64,000 bases of DNA from Octopus sinensis (lineage: Eukaryota). The stretch covers positions 1 through 64,000 of the forward strand of contig NW_021832995.1 of NCBI RefSeq assembly GCF_006345805.1. Reading direction: 5' to 3'. The notes under the pieces were generated by a model. It had not been told where the DNA came from. It saw nothing but the letters and a program-made list of their open reading frames with translations, and made no database searches. Shown piece after piece: positions 12,143 to 25,345 of the stretch (position 1 is its first letter; every line of letters begins with the position of its first letter). Both the position numbers and the translations under genes were made by a program.

Positions 12143-12766
12143 TTGGGTTGTCCGGAAAGTTCGTGCCGATTTTTAAAGGAAAGAAAAAGGTCAATAAATG
12201 CTTGCCATTACATTTTTAATCAACCGAATATGAACAATTTTGTTGTACAATGCGTCTTCATCTTTCCTTTAACTTGAAAATACCCTCTTCCCAGAATTGA
12301 GGTAGTTCCATGGCAAAGAATTCATCAAGGTATCTTTTTTCGTCATCCAAGGAATTGAAATTTTTACCATTAAGACTATTCTGCAGAGACCTGAATAAGT
12401 GGAAATCTGAAGGAGCAATATCTGGTGAATATGGAGGGTGAGGTAACATATCCCAGCCGAGCTGCAGCTATTTTTGACTGGTTCCCAAAGCATCAAGTGC
12501 CGAAAATGAACTTTCTTATCTTCCATTTTAAAGGGTTACAGAATTAACACAGGTTATAGGAACGTAAACCTTCTTCCATGAAAAAATAGCTTAAACTGTG
12601 CTCTAAATGACAGTGTAAATCCTTAAAAATGTTTTAGCCCGAAGGCCGCGGCCATGCTGGGGTACCACCGGTGTAGTAAAATTCTATTTTATGGACTCAA
12701 TCATGTTCTAAAATAAGTCGAAAGATAAGCTATTATAAATCGGCATGAACTTTCCGGACAACCCCA
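12143..12766 (-). mobile_element. Internally deleted mariner (mellifera-subfamily-like) MITE
   Basis: 30-bp TIRs TTGGGTTGTCCGGAAAGTTCGTGCCGATTT with TA flanks. The N-terminus MEDKKVHFRHLMLWE is joined to the C-terminus LPHPPYSPDIAPSDFHLFRSLQNSL. Confidence 0.92.
12618..12670 (-). mobile_element. 53-bp LINE 3'-tail insertion with a 5-bp TSD
   Basis: Flanked by GTGTA at 12613-17 and 12671-75, absent from the second mariner copy, and matching the LINE end at 50822-50882. Confidence 0.9.
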
Positions 12767-12768
12767 TA

Positions 12769-13007
12769 GGTAAATGTAAAGTTACTTCTCGAGTTATACC
12801 GACTCATGGCGGCCAGTTTCCTGGCTTCAATGGCGTCTACATTCCCCCTCGCAAGGTTACTCATTTTTGTCAGTTAAGTGGACTGGGGCAACGTGAAATG
12901 AAGTGTTTTTTCCTCAAGAACACAACGCGTCACCTGTACCAAGAATCGAAATCACAGTCTTATGATCATGAATCCAATACCCTAACCACTAGGCCACGCG
13001 CCTCCAC
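12769..13007 (-). mobile_element. tRNA-headed SINE, family C
   Basis: Head GTGGAGGCGCGTGGCCTAGTGGTTAGGG..GATTC and central TGTGTTCTTGAG..AAACACTTCATTTCACGTTGC domain. Confidence 0.85.
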
Positions 13008-13370
13008 TAAAAGACGAGGTGGGCACGGGTGGGACACTTCTTATTGCAGGTCTGCTTATTATAGATGAGGATTTAGTTAAACAACATCAATATCTCACAA
13101 TAAAGAAATGAACTGTCATACTGCCTCTTGACTTGCGAGACATAGTAACCAAATCCGCTCCAGCTCTCACTCTTCCACTTAACAAAATAGGACACATTCA
13201 ATGGGAGATTCGCCCTTGAAAAGATGAACAGATTAGAACTTGTCGTCCTGGGTGAGGAATACGACAGGATTGTAACAGCTGGAACAGTTTTGAACATTGC
13301 CCTGTCTTATCAGGATTAACTTCGAGTTAAACAAACAAAACTAGTACTTCTCATAAGAATAGATCTGTAA

Positions 13371-13790
13371 AGGTGCAAGTGTGGCTGTGTGATAAGATGT
13401 TTGCTTGCCATCCACATGACTCAGGGTTCAGTCCCACTGCAGGGCACCCTAGGTACAAGAGTTATAACCCCGTAGCCTTGTGAGCCGATCTGGTAAACGG
13501 AAACTGAAAGAAACCCGTCTTATATGTATATGGGCGCGTGCGTGCGTGTGTGTGTCTTTGCATATGTTTCTGTGTCTTTGTGTTTGTTTCCTAACACTGA
13601 TTGACAACCAGTACAGGTTTGTTTACGTCCCTGCAATTTAGCAGTTCAGCAAAATAAACCGATAGAATGAGTATCAGATTTTTAAGAAAGAAAACAAAGA
13701 ACTGTGGTCGATTTGTTCAGCAAAAACCCTTCAAGATGATACCCCCAAGATGGTCGTAGTCCAATGATTGAAACAAGTAACGGATAAAAA
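13371..13790 (+). mobile_element. SINE family A (diverged)
   Basis: Head, body and tail are collinear with the copy at 18111-18480. Confidence 0.85.
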
Positions 13791-14000
13791 ATATCAATCA
13801 TTACCTCCACCAACAGCAACTACAAGAAGAAAAACAAGTCTTAACCTAAACTATACATTAACACTAACGAAATTACTCTTGTACGTATTTTTCTCATTGT
13901 GTCTCAATGATGGTACCTGTATTCTTCGGGGTATATTATAACTGGGTCCACAATATATATAAAACAAATTTAACGGCCAACTTTTGTTCACATCATCCTA

Positions 14001-14342
14001 CAACCGTCATTTGACCGCGGCCATGCTGGAGCATCGCCTTCAGTCGAGTAAATCGATCCCAGGACTTATTCTTTTTAAGCCTAGTACTTATTCTATCTTT
14101 TGCCGAACCGCTAAGTTACGGGAACGTAAACACACCAGCACCGGTTGTCAAGCAATGTTGGAGGAACAGACAAAGACACACAAACACACATATACATATA
14201 TACTACCTAATCCACGCACCAGGCTTTGGTCGACCCGAGGCTATAGTAGATGACACTTACCCAATGTGCCACGCAGTGGGAATGAACTCAAAACCATTTG
14301 GATGGTAAGCAAGCTACTTACCACACAGCCACTCCTGCGCCT
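14001..14342 (-). mobile_element. SINE family A
   Basis: Reverse-complement family A head ends at 14342; tail motif at 14005-14040. Confidence 0.88.
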
Positions 14343-14738
14343 ATATAAATTTATTTTCTTTTTTATTCAAATCTAGTTTCGCATTAAAAGTCGGCAAGAA
14401 AATACTTCCGTCAGCCAATGGAGACATGAAATTTTATTTATGATAAAACTTCAACATTGTTACCAACTCTCCTTTTGTTGCTACTTTTGTTGTTGTTGTT
14501 GGTGGTGGTGGTGGTGGTGGTGGTGGTGTTGGTGTTGTTAATGATGCTTTTCAAGAACGTTCAATTTCCTGATGTCGTCTTTCTTTTGTTGTTATTATTA
14601 TTATTATTGTTGTTGTTGTTGTTGGTAGTGTTATGATGTTTGTTGTGTTTAAGATTGTTGGGGTTCTTTTATGTTTTGCCGTTGATATCGGTGACGGGGG
14701 TGGAGGTGGTATAGGTGTTTACTTTCTTGTTAAAGCCT

Positions 14739-14778
<40 letters not shown>

Positions 14779-15092
14779 TCTGTCGACACTTAATTTAAAA
14801 TTATACAAATGAATTCTCCTATCAGAACTGACTTAGTCATCCATTAATTGTTTCACTAAGTTTTCGCAGGGACGAGTGGGGGATGTAATGGGGTGGGGCA
14901 GGGAGTGCAGTACGGCGGAAGGGGGCGGGGTCCGATTGCGGTGCGGTCTAACTATTTTTGATAAAGCACACACCCACACACACATTCATATACACATTCA
15001 CATATATACTCTTATATATATATGCATATATCCATATACATGCCTAAATATATACATGTATATGTATACATATACACATAGATGTATGTATG

Positions 15093-15124
<32 letters not shown>

Positions 15125-16078
15125 AATGTACATACATATATGTCTGTGCATATATAATACACGCACACACATATATATATGCAAATATGGGATATATACA
15201 TAATTATATATGTCTGTATGTGCTTGTGTGTGTGTGTGTGTGGAATAGTCTTACTCTCCATTGCATCCCATATTTAAATTTAATTAATTTTTTCATTAAT
15301 TAAAACTTTGGGGTTACCTCCCCCTGCCATTTATCACTGCACTTCGTAGTCATTTAGATAATAATTGTTCTCATTACTAACGCTGTAATTTTAATTAATT
15401 AAAAAAAATTTCGACTTACTTTACCAAGTTTGCTAGCTACCACAGGTGCCACAAGGTAATCATTCTTTGATATTGTTAAATTTTTTGGATCAGTAAACCT
15501 CGAAGCAGATAAAACTATAAAGAACAGCGTGGAAATATTAGATTAAAGAATCTTTTGAATACAAAAAGTTTTAGCCTGCCTGTGAGATTCGAACACGTCT
15601 CCCGTAAATATGACTGATTTTCTACCATTGGACCAAAGCAATTCCTCGAATTTCTAGATATATTTATATATATATATCAGTAACTTTATTTTTACCGAGG
15701 TGAATCGTATGTTGTTGACGCCATACGAATTTAGTAATTTCGAGAGAGCGTGAAATATTTTTTTTTTTTTAATTAGATAAAGCTATAGATACTAAAGAGG
15801 AATATTTCATCCTAATATAGGCAATAGCCTGACATTAAAGGAGGGGAAGCAATCGACTGTGTTGACTCCGGTATATTTGGCTGTTGCTTTATTTCATTAT
15901 ACGCAGGTGGATGAAAAACAAAATCGGTTTTGGCGAGATTTGAACTCACAACGTAAACTGCAGCACGAAACGTTACATTCTCCTTCTTTCTTTCCTTTCC
16001 TGAGCGTCTAATAACACAATACTTGTTCCACGTCCTCGCGTTGATGTCTTTTCTCTTTGTGTTTTCATATTGGATTAA

Positions 16079-16200
<122 letters not shown>

Positions 16201-16272
16201 GTGCATTCCCACGCAGGAAGGAATATAAAATAAATTGTTTCGGGGTTTGAAAAAACTCCTGAATATCTAAAA

Positions 16273-16490
16273 GTTTCCGGCTTCCCAGTTTCAATGGTGT
16301 ATGTGTTCCCCAGTTGGACGGGACGCCAGTCATCGCAGCGTTACTCATTTTTGCCAGCTGAGTAGACTGGAGCAACGTGAAATGAAGTGTTTTGCTCAAG
16401 AACACAAGGCGTCGCCCGGTTCAGGAATCGAAACTACAATCTTACGATCATGATGCTGACACCCTAACCACTAAGCCACGCGTCTCCACA
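16273..16490 (-). mobile_element. SINE family C
   Basis: Head TGTGGAGACGCGTGGCTTAGTGGTTAGGG, central domain, and tail GCTGCGATGACTGGCGTCCCGTCCAACTGGGG. Confidence 0.88.
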
Positions 16491-17064
16491 AACAAGCGGT
16501 TTAGGAGAGTTTAAATTAACAAGGGAAAATTCGAAAAACGTGTTCAAACGATCAAATGTTCAAATGATCATAGAAATGTCAATGAGCTGCACAGAGATAG
16601 ACAGTAATATAAGTTTAACCCTTCAGTATTTAAACTGGCTGCATCAGTCCCAAATATCTTATATGCTTTATGTTCATACTGACCGGATCTGGACTCTCAC
16701 ACCTATCCTACAATGTCATTCTGAAAAATAAAGAATCGCGTCATGAAAATCGCAAAGCTACAAGATAAGGCATGATTAATTTAAAAGAGTGAGATGAATA
16801 AAGAAGAATCACATTTGATAAAGTAATCTGATGAAGATCATAACAAATATACAGGATTGAAGTTTCAGTCATATTGAGGTTTTTTTTTTTTAGAAAATAA
16901 GAAAAAAAAAAGTGAGAAAAAGTTTTTCTACAATTTCTGTCGTAGAGCATGAAGGAGTCCTTCGTCAGTTTCCGTTGTGGCACATGAAGTTCTTCCTCGT
17001 TGGTCACTGCTTCAACTGTCGTCTTTTTACACGGCATAAAATATAAAAATTCAAACTTCTCATT

Positions 17065-17410
17065 GATGCTGCTGAGACCCCCTTCGGACATGACTGACCA
17101 TGGGATTGCACCCAGCAAGTTACCCTCCCAGGCACAAATCCGGGCAATGATGTTTATGGAAGACCAGCAGTCACCCATGCATACCGGCCTCCCCTCTCCA
17201 TGTCACTGATGTTATCCAAGGGAAAGGCAAAGGGGCCGATACAGCTTGGCACCTGTGACGTCGCAACGCATTTCTACGGCTGAGTGAATTGGAGCAACGT
17301 GAAATAAAGTGTCTTGCTCAAGAACACAACACGCAGCCCGGTCCAGGTTTCGAACTCACAGCCTCACGATCGTAAGCTCAACGCTCTAACCACAGAGCCA
17401 TGCGCCTTCA
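17065..17410 (-). mobile_element. SINE family C variant with a different 3' tail
   Basis: Same head and central TTCTTGAGCAAGACACTTTATTTCACGTTGCTCC domain, followed by an unrelated tail of about 210 bp. Confidence 0.8.
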
Positions 17411-17421
17411 TTCCCATTGAT

Positions 17422-17960
17422 GATCAATCACAAAAAATATATATAGACAGTATTACAGATCTTGATTATAGTAATCGGCTCGAGAAGCTCATCATTTATT
17501 CTCCACGAAGCCGCCTTAAGCCCTATAGCATTTGTATAATGTCGAGAATATTCGAACTGCATTGCCCAAATGATGTTGGCATCACCTTTAAATTTCACCC
17601 AAGGCTTAGTTCCCCTGCCATCCGTCATCTACAAAAATCCTGCTCACATTCCATCACAACACTATCACAGAACTATTTTACCTCAACTGGCACAGCTCTC
17701 ATTAGCATCTTTCTAAGACACATACGAGAAGAAAAAAGGTATTTACATCCAAACGAGCACTGGTTTAACAAATACTTCTCCAACAAATTCCGGATTAACC
17801 ACGTACACCTGGATATATCTCTGCAAACAACCACACTTTATTTCAATAGGTTATAATGCCCAAATAATGACTATAATACGAAACATTATTAAATGTCTTT
17901 TCCAGATGGTGTTATTGAATTAGTCAAGGCCTGGGCCAAATTTCGGCCGAAATTTAACAA
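17422..17960 (+). mobile_element. Degenerate 3' fragment of a CR1/L2-group LINE (same subfamily as 43692-46858)
   Basis: ITDLDYSNRLEKL..HCPNDVGITFKFHPRL..SHSITTLSQNYFTSTG matches HCPNDVGITFKMHPRLG..TTIRHNYFTSIG in the 43.8-kb copy. Confidence 0.88.
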
Positions 17961-18056
17961 AGTACATGTTTCTGTGTGTGTGTGTGTGTGCATGCGTGTT
18001 TGTATGAGTCTGTCTCCCTTTCTCTCTCTCTCTCTCTCTCTCTCTTCTATATATAT

Positions 18057-18101
<45 letters not shown>

Positions 18102-18110
18102 TATATATAT

Positions 18111-18480
18111 AGGCGCAGGAGTGGCTGTGTGGTAGGTAACTTGCTTACCAACCACATGCTTCCGAGTTCAGTCCCACTACGTGGCAACTTGGGCAAGTGT
18201 CTTCTACTATAGCCTCGGGCCGACCAAAGCCTTGCGAGTGGATTTAGTAGACGGAAACTGAAAGAAGACCGTCGTACATATGTGTGTGTGTGTGTGTGTG
18301 TGTGTTTGTACCCCTACTATCGCTTGACAACCGATGTTGGTGTGTTCACGTCCCCGTAACTTAGCGGTTCGGCAAAAAGAGACCGATAGAGTAAGTACCA
18401 GGCTTACAAAGAATAAGTCCTGGAGTCGATTTGTTCGACTAAAGGCGGTATGGCCGCAGTCAAATGACTGAAACAAAATA
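18111..18480 (+). mobile_element. SINE family A
   Basis: Complete head-to-tail copy. Confidence 0.92.
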
Positions 18481-18515
18481 GATTTAAAAATATATATAGA
18501 AATATATATAGAAAT

Positions 18516-18903
18516 ACTCTTTTCCTTGTTTCAATCATTTGGCTGCGGCCATGCTGGGGTATCGCCTTGAAAGGTTTTAGTCAAACAAATCATCCCTAGG
18601 ACTTAGTCTTTTAAAGCCTAATACATATTCTATCGACATCTTTCGTCGAACTGCTAAGTTACGTGAACATAAACACACCAACACCGGTCGTCAAGCGGTA
18701 GTGGATGGACAAACAGAAACACACATAAATATATACATATATATACATAAATATACAACGGGTTTCTTTCAGTTTCCGTTTACCAAATCTATTCTCAAGG
18801 CTTTGGTCGGCCCCAGACTATAGTAGAAGATACTTGCCCAAGGTGCCGTGCAATAGGACTGAACCTGGAGCCATGTGATTGGGAAGTAAACTTCTAACCA
18901 CAC

Positions 18904-18907
<4 letters not shown>
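18516..18907 (-). mobile_element. SINE family A (tail-to-tail with the previous copy)
   Basis: Reverse-complement family A motifs. Confidence 0.88.
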
Positions 18908-18932
<25 letters not shown>

Positions 18933-18940
<8 letters not shown>

Positions 18941-19040
18941 ATCGACCAGACCATCAGATGTTGCTACACATCGCTGGTCACAAATCGTTCGCATTGTTTT
19001 AGCCTTCGAATGACGCCACCCCGCTGGCTAAGCGAGCAGG

Positions 19041-19045
<5 letters not shown>
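18933..19045 (-). mobile_element. SINE tail fragment
   Basis: The reverse complement matches the tail of the SINE at about 32600-32707 (GGCGTCATTCGAA..TGACCAGCGATGT..GATCACGTGAT). Confidence 0.7.
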
Positions 19046-19082
<37 letters not shown>

Positions 19083-19143
19083 TATATATATATAATATAT
19101 ATTATATATGTATATATATATGATATATATGTATATATATATG

Positions 19144-19187
<44 letters not shown>

Positions 19188-19193
19188 TATATA

Positions 19194-19291
<98 letters not shown>

Positions 19292-20703
19292 AAGACCTGT
19301 AGTAATGTTTCAACGATTGGACCAAATAAGACACAAACATGTTCGAGGTTGTTAGTAACGATATTTAAGTTATTGGTAATCACTTACAGCTAAATAGACT
19401 GAGCCGCTCAGTGTAAAACAACTAGATCATAGGTATTTTAATATATTGATTAAAGTGCCGCAACCGACGTTTTCTTAGGGCGTTTTTGTCTTTTTGTTGT
19501 TGTTATTTTTCTGTCTTATTTTTTTTTTCGCTTCTTATCTATTATTCTTATCCATTCGGTCATCTGTAACTCCACTCAGAACTCACCAAGCGATGTGTGG
19601 AATTTTAAGAAAATGATGCATGAAGCTGGGAATCGAAAACCGATCGTTGATTGGACTCGGTGGGACTTAACTACTTAATTTACCCTACAGCATATGACGC
19701 AAGAAAAGATGCGGAAAAAAGATAAATTATCTATTTTCTCCCTTCCCCTCCTCTACACACACACACACCTCTTTCTGTTTCTCTATCTCTTTTGAAAATA
19801 AAATAATATAATATATTATATAAAATAAAATAACGAGAAATTAAATTAAATTAAATTAAAAACTGATAAAGATCAAAGGAAAAATTATAACAACTCTACG
19901 AAATAAAATTTTTCGGAAAACATAAATAGGAAAAACATAAAGATAATATATAGAGGGGGGAAATAATAAAAAAATAAACGCGATATTTAAAGAGGAGTTT
20001 ATCAACAAAGAGAGCTGTTATTGAACTAATAATAGTTTAATTATTTAGTATCAGTTTTAGTTTAAGGTGCGTGTGGTGGAAGAGAGAGAGGGGGGAGAGG
20101 GAGCGAAACCTGGAACACATTTATAAACCCCTTACCTACCACGTCTGTTATCGACGATGACTTTTATTAGTTCGCTATTTGGCTTGTATGTGTGTTTTTT
20201 GTTCGGCGTGTTGTTTGGTATTAATGGGTCTATGTGTGTGGGAAGGTAGTGAAGCGGGGGTCACTAATATATTTCGCAATGGTCGCTTGAGACAGAACAG
20301 ACAGACAAATTTAAATAACTCACCCATATCCTCCCTCGGCCCACGCTAAAGAAATGATTATTTTTTTCTCTCTCTAAACCGATACATTATTGCATAAACT
20401 ATTTATTAATATAACGAGCTCAGGCACTCGGCGTTGCCCGGGTGCCGGATACGTAGGTAGCGCGTGCGTATCTATGTATATGTGGGTTAAGCTAAAGGAC
20501 TTAACTCACATACAGCAACCGTTTTACGTAGTTTTTTTGTATGTTATTATATCTGCATAAATTTATGTGTGTATGTATACAGATACACATTGTATATATG
20601 CATACACATATTCATAAATGCATTCATGTTTATTTAAGAGTTTTATTTTATATAATTATTAATTTTTGATTTAAGATAATCTTTCTTCATACATGTGAGT
20701 GTG

Positions 20704-20754
<51 letters not shown>

Positions 20755-20934
20755 AAAATATAAAAGGCTAGTTCATAAAACGTGTTACCTGAATATTTGT
20801 AAATAATACCAATTTCAACATGAAAGCAAAAAAAATGAATTAACTTCTACCTTCAACAGTATTCGAAACTACATACTAACTTTCCGAAGATACGATTTTT
20901 TAAATACACTTCTTCATGCCGGCGATTTACAGAA

Positions 20935-21897
20935 TTTTTAGCACGCCGGACAAAATTCTTAACAGCATTTCGAGTTCAAACTCCGTCGAGGTTGACTTTG
21001 CCTTCCATCACTTTCCGGGTTTATAAAATAAGTACCAGTAGAGTAATCGACTTATGCCTTCCTCCAAAATTGCTGGCCACGTGCCAAGATTTGAAACGAA
21101 TAATTACAGTGCTGCAATTTGATATTGTCTATACATTGCTACCTTAAAAAAATGCGTGAGAGAATGATTTTGTGTCCGTGAATATGAATAAGAGAAGCGG
21201 AAATTATTAGTGCGAGACATCACGGGAAAGCGGAAGAAGAAAAGACACCATTAAATTGACATCATAAATTGATGATATTTCTCTACTTCACAGCAACACA
21301 AGCAGTGTTTCAACATTCCTTTCTTTGTATTTTCCCCGTTTTATTTCAGTGGGGCTTTGATCTCGGAATTTCTTCTTTCTTTGTGTATGATTCTGGAATT
21401 CTTTTGGAATTGTGCACAAACTGGGGAAACGATCGGCTGAGAATTGATGACGTATCAAGACAGATAGTCAAACGTCGACGCTTATAGTTATAGGTACACA
21501 GTACTATGTTATATAAAGCGGTGAGCTGGCAGAATTGTTAGCACACCGGACAAAATGCCCAACAGTTTTTTGTCTGTCATTCACAGTTCAAAGTCCGCTG
21601 AGGTCGACTTTTCCGATTATCCTTTCAATGAAGCACTGAGGTCGATGTAATCGACTTGTCCCATCCAGCCCTAGTTTCTATAAAAGATTATCTTAGATTG
21701 GTTTTAAATTTTGGCACAAGTCCATGGACAAATCGATTACATCGACCCTGGTGTACAACTGGTACTTGATTTATCGACCCCGAAAGGATGAAAGGCAAAG
21801 TCGACCTCGGTGGAATTTGAACTCAGAACGTGACGGCAGACGAAATACGGCTTCGCATTTTGCTCGGCGTGCTAACGTTTCTGCCAGTTCGCCGTCT
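20935..21897. mobile_element. Three SINE family B copies (20935-21100 +, 21516-21670 +, 21700-21897 -)
   Basis: Family B head and body motifs. Confidence 0.85.
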
Positions 21898-22082
21898 TGG
21901 GTTATCCTTCATTAAATATAACAATATATGGTGACTTAGCACTGTTGTCAGTTCGTCGGACAGGAAACCTACTCTTGCTTTTGCTCCGCTCTGAGCTGAA
22001 ATAACTCTCGCTGACATCAGCTCCGCCTTACATCGCTTCTGGTCGATAAATAAAGCCCTAGTGGAGTACTGATGTGAATTGT

Positions 22083-22115
<33 letters not shown>

Positions 22116-22239
22116 TTCTCTCACCCTCTCCCTCACACACAAACACACACACACATACGCAGTATGTGTGTGGTTGTGTGTGTATCTTAACTTTGTTTTA
22201 CATGCCGAGTCAATTCTTTTTTTCTCTCTTTCTCTCTCT

Positions 22240-22280
<41 letters not shown>

Positions 22281-22574
22281 CGATTATTTTGCACCTCGAG
22301 AAGGCCAGTGGAAAAGTACTCTGAGTGTCTTTTCCTCCAGAAATGGAGAAGAGTTGAATGAGGGATTGGAGTTAAGAAACTCTTTCTCCTAGAAAGCAAA
22401 CAAAAAATAACTGATATGCTTCTGAAGGCATCCAAAGACCACTCGGCGTACAAGACATTACAGCAGAGTAAACTTTCGTGCACCAAATATGGTACCTGTG
22501 ACTATTTTACGTGCGTCGTTTTACTTTCGTTACTATGTCTTCTTTGGTTGTTGTAAATAATATAGAGTTGTAGT

Positions 22575-22870
22575 TGTTGTTTGTTCCTTCTCGAGCCACG
22601 CCTGACTCATAGGGCCGGGATCCGGTTTCCTTGGCGTATAGGTTCCCCACTTGGACGGGATACCGGTCCGTCGCAGGTGAGCTGCAAGATGCAGGAGGAA
22701 AGCGTGAGAGAAAGTTGTGGCGAAAGAGTCAGCAGAAGTTCACCATTATCTTCTGCCGGAGCCGCGTGGAGCTTAGGTGTTTCGCTCATAAACACACACA
22801 TCACCCGGTCTGAGATTCGATCCCTCGACCGTGAGTTCGCCGCTCTAACCACTAGGCCATGTGTCTCCAC
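22575..22870 (-). mobile_element. SINE family C variant with a 13-bp TSD
   Basis: TSD ATAGAGTTGTAGT at 22562-74 and 22871-83, tRNA-like head TGTGGAGACACATGGCCTAGTGGTTAGAG, and (AAC) tail. Confidence 0.9.
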
Positions 22871-23404
22871 ATAGAGTTGTAGTAGCTTCTAGTATTTTTA
22901 TCTTCTCCGTATCTGTGTGCGAAATGAAACGATTGGGTGCGGCTGTTTGGACGCTACGATTTGGCGTGGCTGTTAGGCATTCAACCTGTTTTGGTGGCAG
23001 TACGTTTTGGCACCGGAGGCAAATATACGCGTAGAAATATACATATATAAACAGAAAAAGAAAGAGATGGGATGAAGGAGACCTTACACATACATACTTA
23101 CAAATATAACTAGATTCTTACATTCATATACAGAATGAGAGGCGACGAGACAGGACGAGAGAAACATTACAACGTCTAGTGTCAAATAAGTTAGCATTGA
23201 ATCAATAATTTCAAATAGGCGGCGCCAAAACTGCTGTGCCAAAACGTCTCTTACATCATTCTATATGAGTTGTAAATATTGTAGAGTTGTAGATGACTCT
23301 TAATATGTTTATTTTGTGCATCTGTGTCTGTGTGTGTATGTTTTATATTATTGACTATAATGGTTTTATATGATGGTTTATGGTATAGCTAGTAAAAAAG
23401 GAGG

Positions 23405-23960
23405 CAGTAAATTTGCTCGGCGCTATTTTCTGTTTGTTACTGTAGAATTTCCAAGTTATTTAAATAGGGTTGGAATTGTTGTGAAGCAGTGTCTAGGGGA
23501 AAATGAGAGGTTGTTAGTATAATGTCATTTGTGTATGATGCTCTGTATGTCTGCATGAGGCTGTGTTTGTAAGAAGCCGTGTTTTGTGGAGGTGCGGGAA
23601 AGTGGCATAGATGTAGGTTGAAAAGATTGGTATATTCCTTCAGGAAATTGCATGTTCCAGACACGTTGTCCTTGAACACTATATGGGCTTTGCGACCTGA
23701 CAACAGATAGATTGTTTGACAGCAGCGTTTTGTGTTGTTTCTGAGGGCGATGTTGATTATTTCATGTATCAAATAGATAATCAGTAATGGCGCTGAATGC
23801 TTTGTTGATGTCGATGTAATTAGAATGTTACGTGTAAGGGTTTGATTGGTTGTTGAAGCCATCATGTATTCTCTTTGTTATGTACATGTGATGGATGACT
23901 GTATTGGCTTGGATCTCTGGGCCTTGTGATCTAGGAAGATATAGGGTTGGTGATGTTGCC
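23405..23960 (-). pseudogene. Degenerate non-LTR reverse transcriptase fragment (I/Jockey-group-like)
   Basis: Across frameshifts and stops: IHDGFN..YIDINKAFSAI..NIALRNNTKR..LSGRKAHIVFK..FNLHL..PPQN.TASY..DIIL..LDTASQQFQPYLNNL, resembling RT domains 3-6. Confidence 0.6.
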
Positions 23961-24267
23961 TTCTGGTACATATAATGAATGTTTATAATTATTCTGTTGA
24001 CTATATACAGTAGTAGCAGTTTGTGTTGCTTTTGTCAATCCCAGCTCAAACCTCATCGAGCAGACTTAATATAAAAGCATCCCAGCCGTGACCATTCCAT
24101 CTTTTTTCTTATGTGTATGACATCCCGAACAATAATTTTCTTTTGTAACGTAGAATGTAGTTCGAGAGAGATTTGACGGTTACGTCCAGCAGAGAGGGCG
24201 GTACATAGGAGCTCCCTCGTTTTATTGTAAAGTGTTCATCGTAATACCAGGTTCGAAATTTCCCCAA

Positions 24268-24315
24268 GAAACCTGATGAAGGCTTTAGGGTATATATCAG
24301 CCGAAACGTTGTGTT
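24268..24315 (+). ncRNA. Minimal type I hammerhead motif in a Penelope-like LTR relic
   Basis: GAAAC-CTGATGA-A-GGCT..AGCC-GAAA-CG-TT^-GTGTT. Palindromic ACGU stem III; stem I has 4 of 5 pairs. Confidence 0.65.
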
Positions 24316-24960
24316 AACATCAAACAAGATGAGGGCAAATATCCATCAAATGTAGATAATGTAATACTTTTTGCTCATTTTAATTTATGGTTCAGGAATA
24401 CTTTTACATTCACCCAGTAAAAACACAAACTCCACAGATTATCTTACATGAACCAAAGCCACTCAAGATATAGAATCGATGAATACATCATGAAAATCTA
24501 AGAAACGCAGCATTCAAACATGAACCAGCCGAATATATTACAAAAACACCAGAGATGAAAACCTTTCTATCAACCGGAAATGACAAATCTACAAGGCGCA
24601 GAACACACATCAGACAACAGTGTAATATTAAAATTGCAATATAACCGTGAATTTTCTTACGTTCGCGATGCAGAGTGTTGTATTACATGAGACATATATT
24701 CGTATATAATCCCATTGGTTGATCGTGTATTTTCAACAAGGACCTTTTACAGTGCACGAAGCAAAAAGTAGATGGGGTGGGGAAGCAGCTATATAGCTAT
24801 ATATGGCAGGAGTCCCCTATATAGCAAGGGTCCCCAAACACCGGGCCACAGACTCCTACTGGGCCGCAGATAATTTGATACTGCCCAGAGAGGATAAAAT
24901 TTTAAAATTTTATTTCTTTTTTATTGATGATCGCAAACCATAAGATGTTTTTGTTTTCTA

Positions 24961-25345
24961 TCTTTTATATTCGACTTGTTTCAGTCATTAGACTGCGGCC
25001 ATGCTGGGGCTCTGTCATCAAGAACTTTAGTCGAACAAATTGGTCAAGTACTTCTTTTTTTCTTCTTCTTTTTAAAATGATAGTTATTCTATTGGTCTCT
25101 TTGGCTGAAGCGCTAATTCACGGGGACGTAAACATATCAACATCGGCTGTCAAGCGATAGCGGAGGACAAACACGAACAAACGCACACACACACATATCT
25201 ATATATATATACGATGAGCTTCTTTCAGTTCCCGTCTACGAAATCCACTCAACGCTTTGTTTGTTCCGAAGCTATAGTACAAACCTGAACCCGGAACCAT
25301 GTGGTTAGGAAGCAAAGCTCTTACCACACAGCCACACCTGCGCCT
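24961..25345 (-). mobile_element. SINE family A
   Basis: Reverse-complement family A head and tail. Confidence 0.88.

Noticed and set aside
13250-13330. Minus-strand CTGATAA..AAAA-CTG/TTC/CAG hammerhead-like relic
   Set aside because: At least three core changes and poor stem I. Indistinguishable from chance by eye.
16825-16880. CTGATGA-A-GATC..GATT-GAAG
   Set aside because: Stem II is plausible, but GAAA, stem III and stem I are not supported.
22330-22500. Plus-strand exon candidates (SKQKITDMLLKASKDHSAYK..) and similar AG-bounded segments at 21350, 25940 and 58415
   Set aside because: No recognisable domain, weak donors or early stops. Such acceptors are common in AT-rich DNA.
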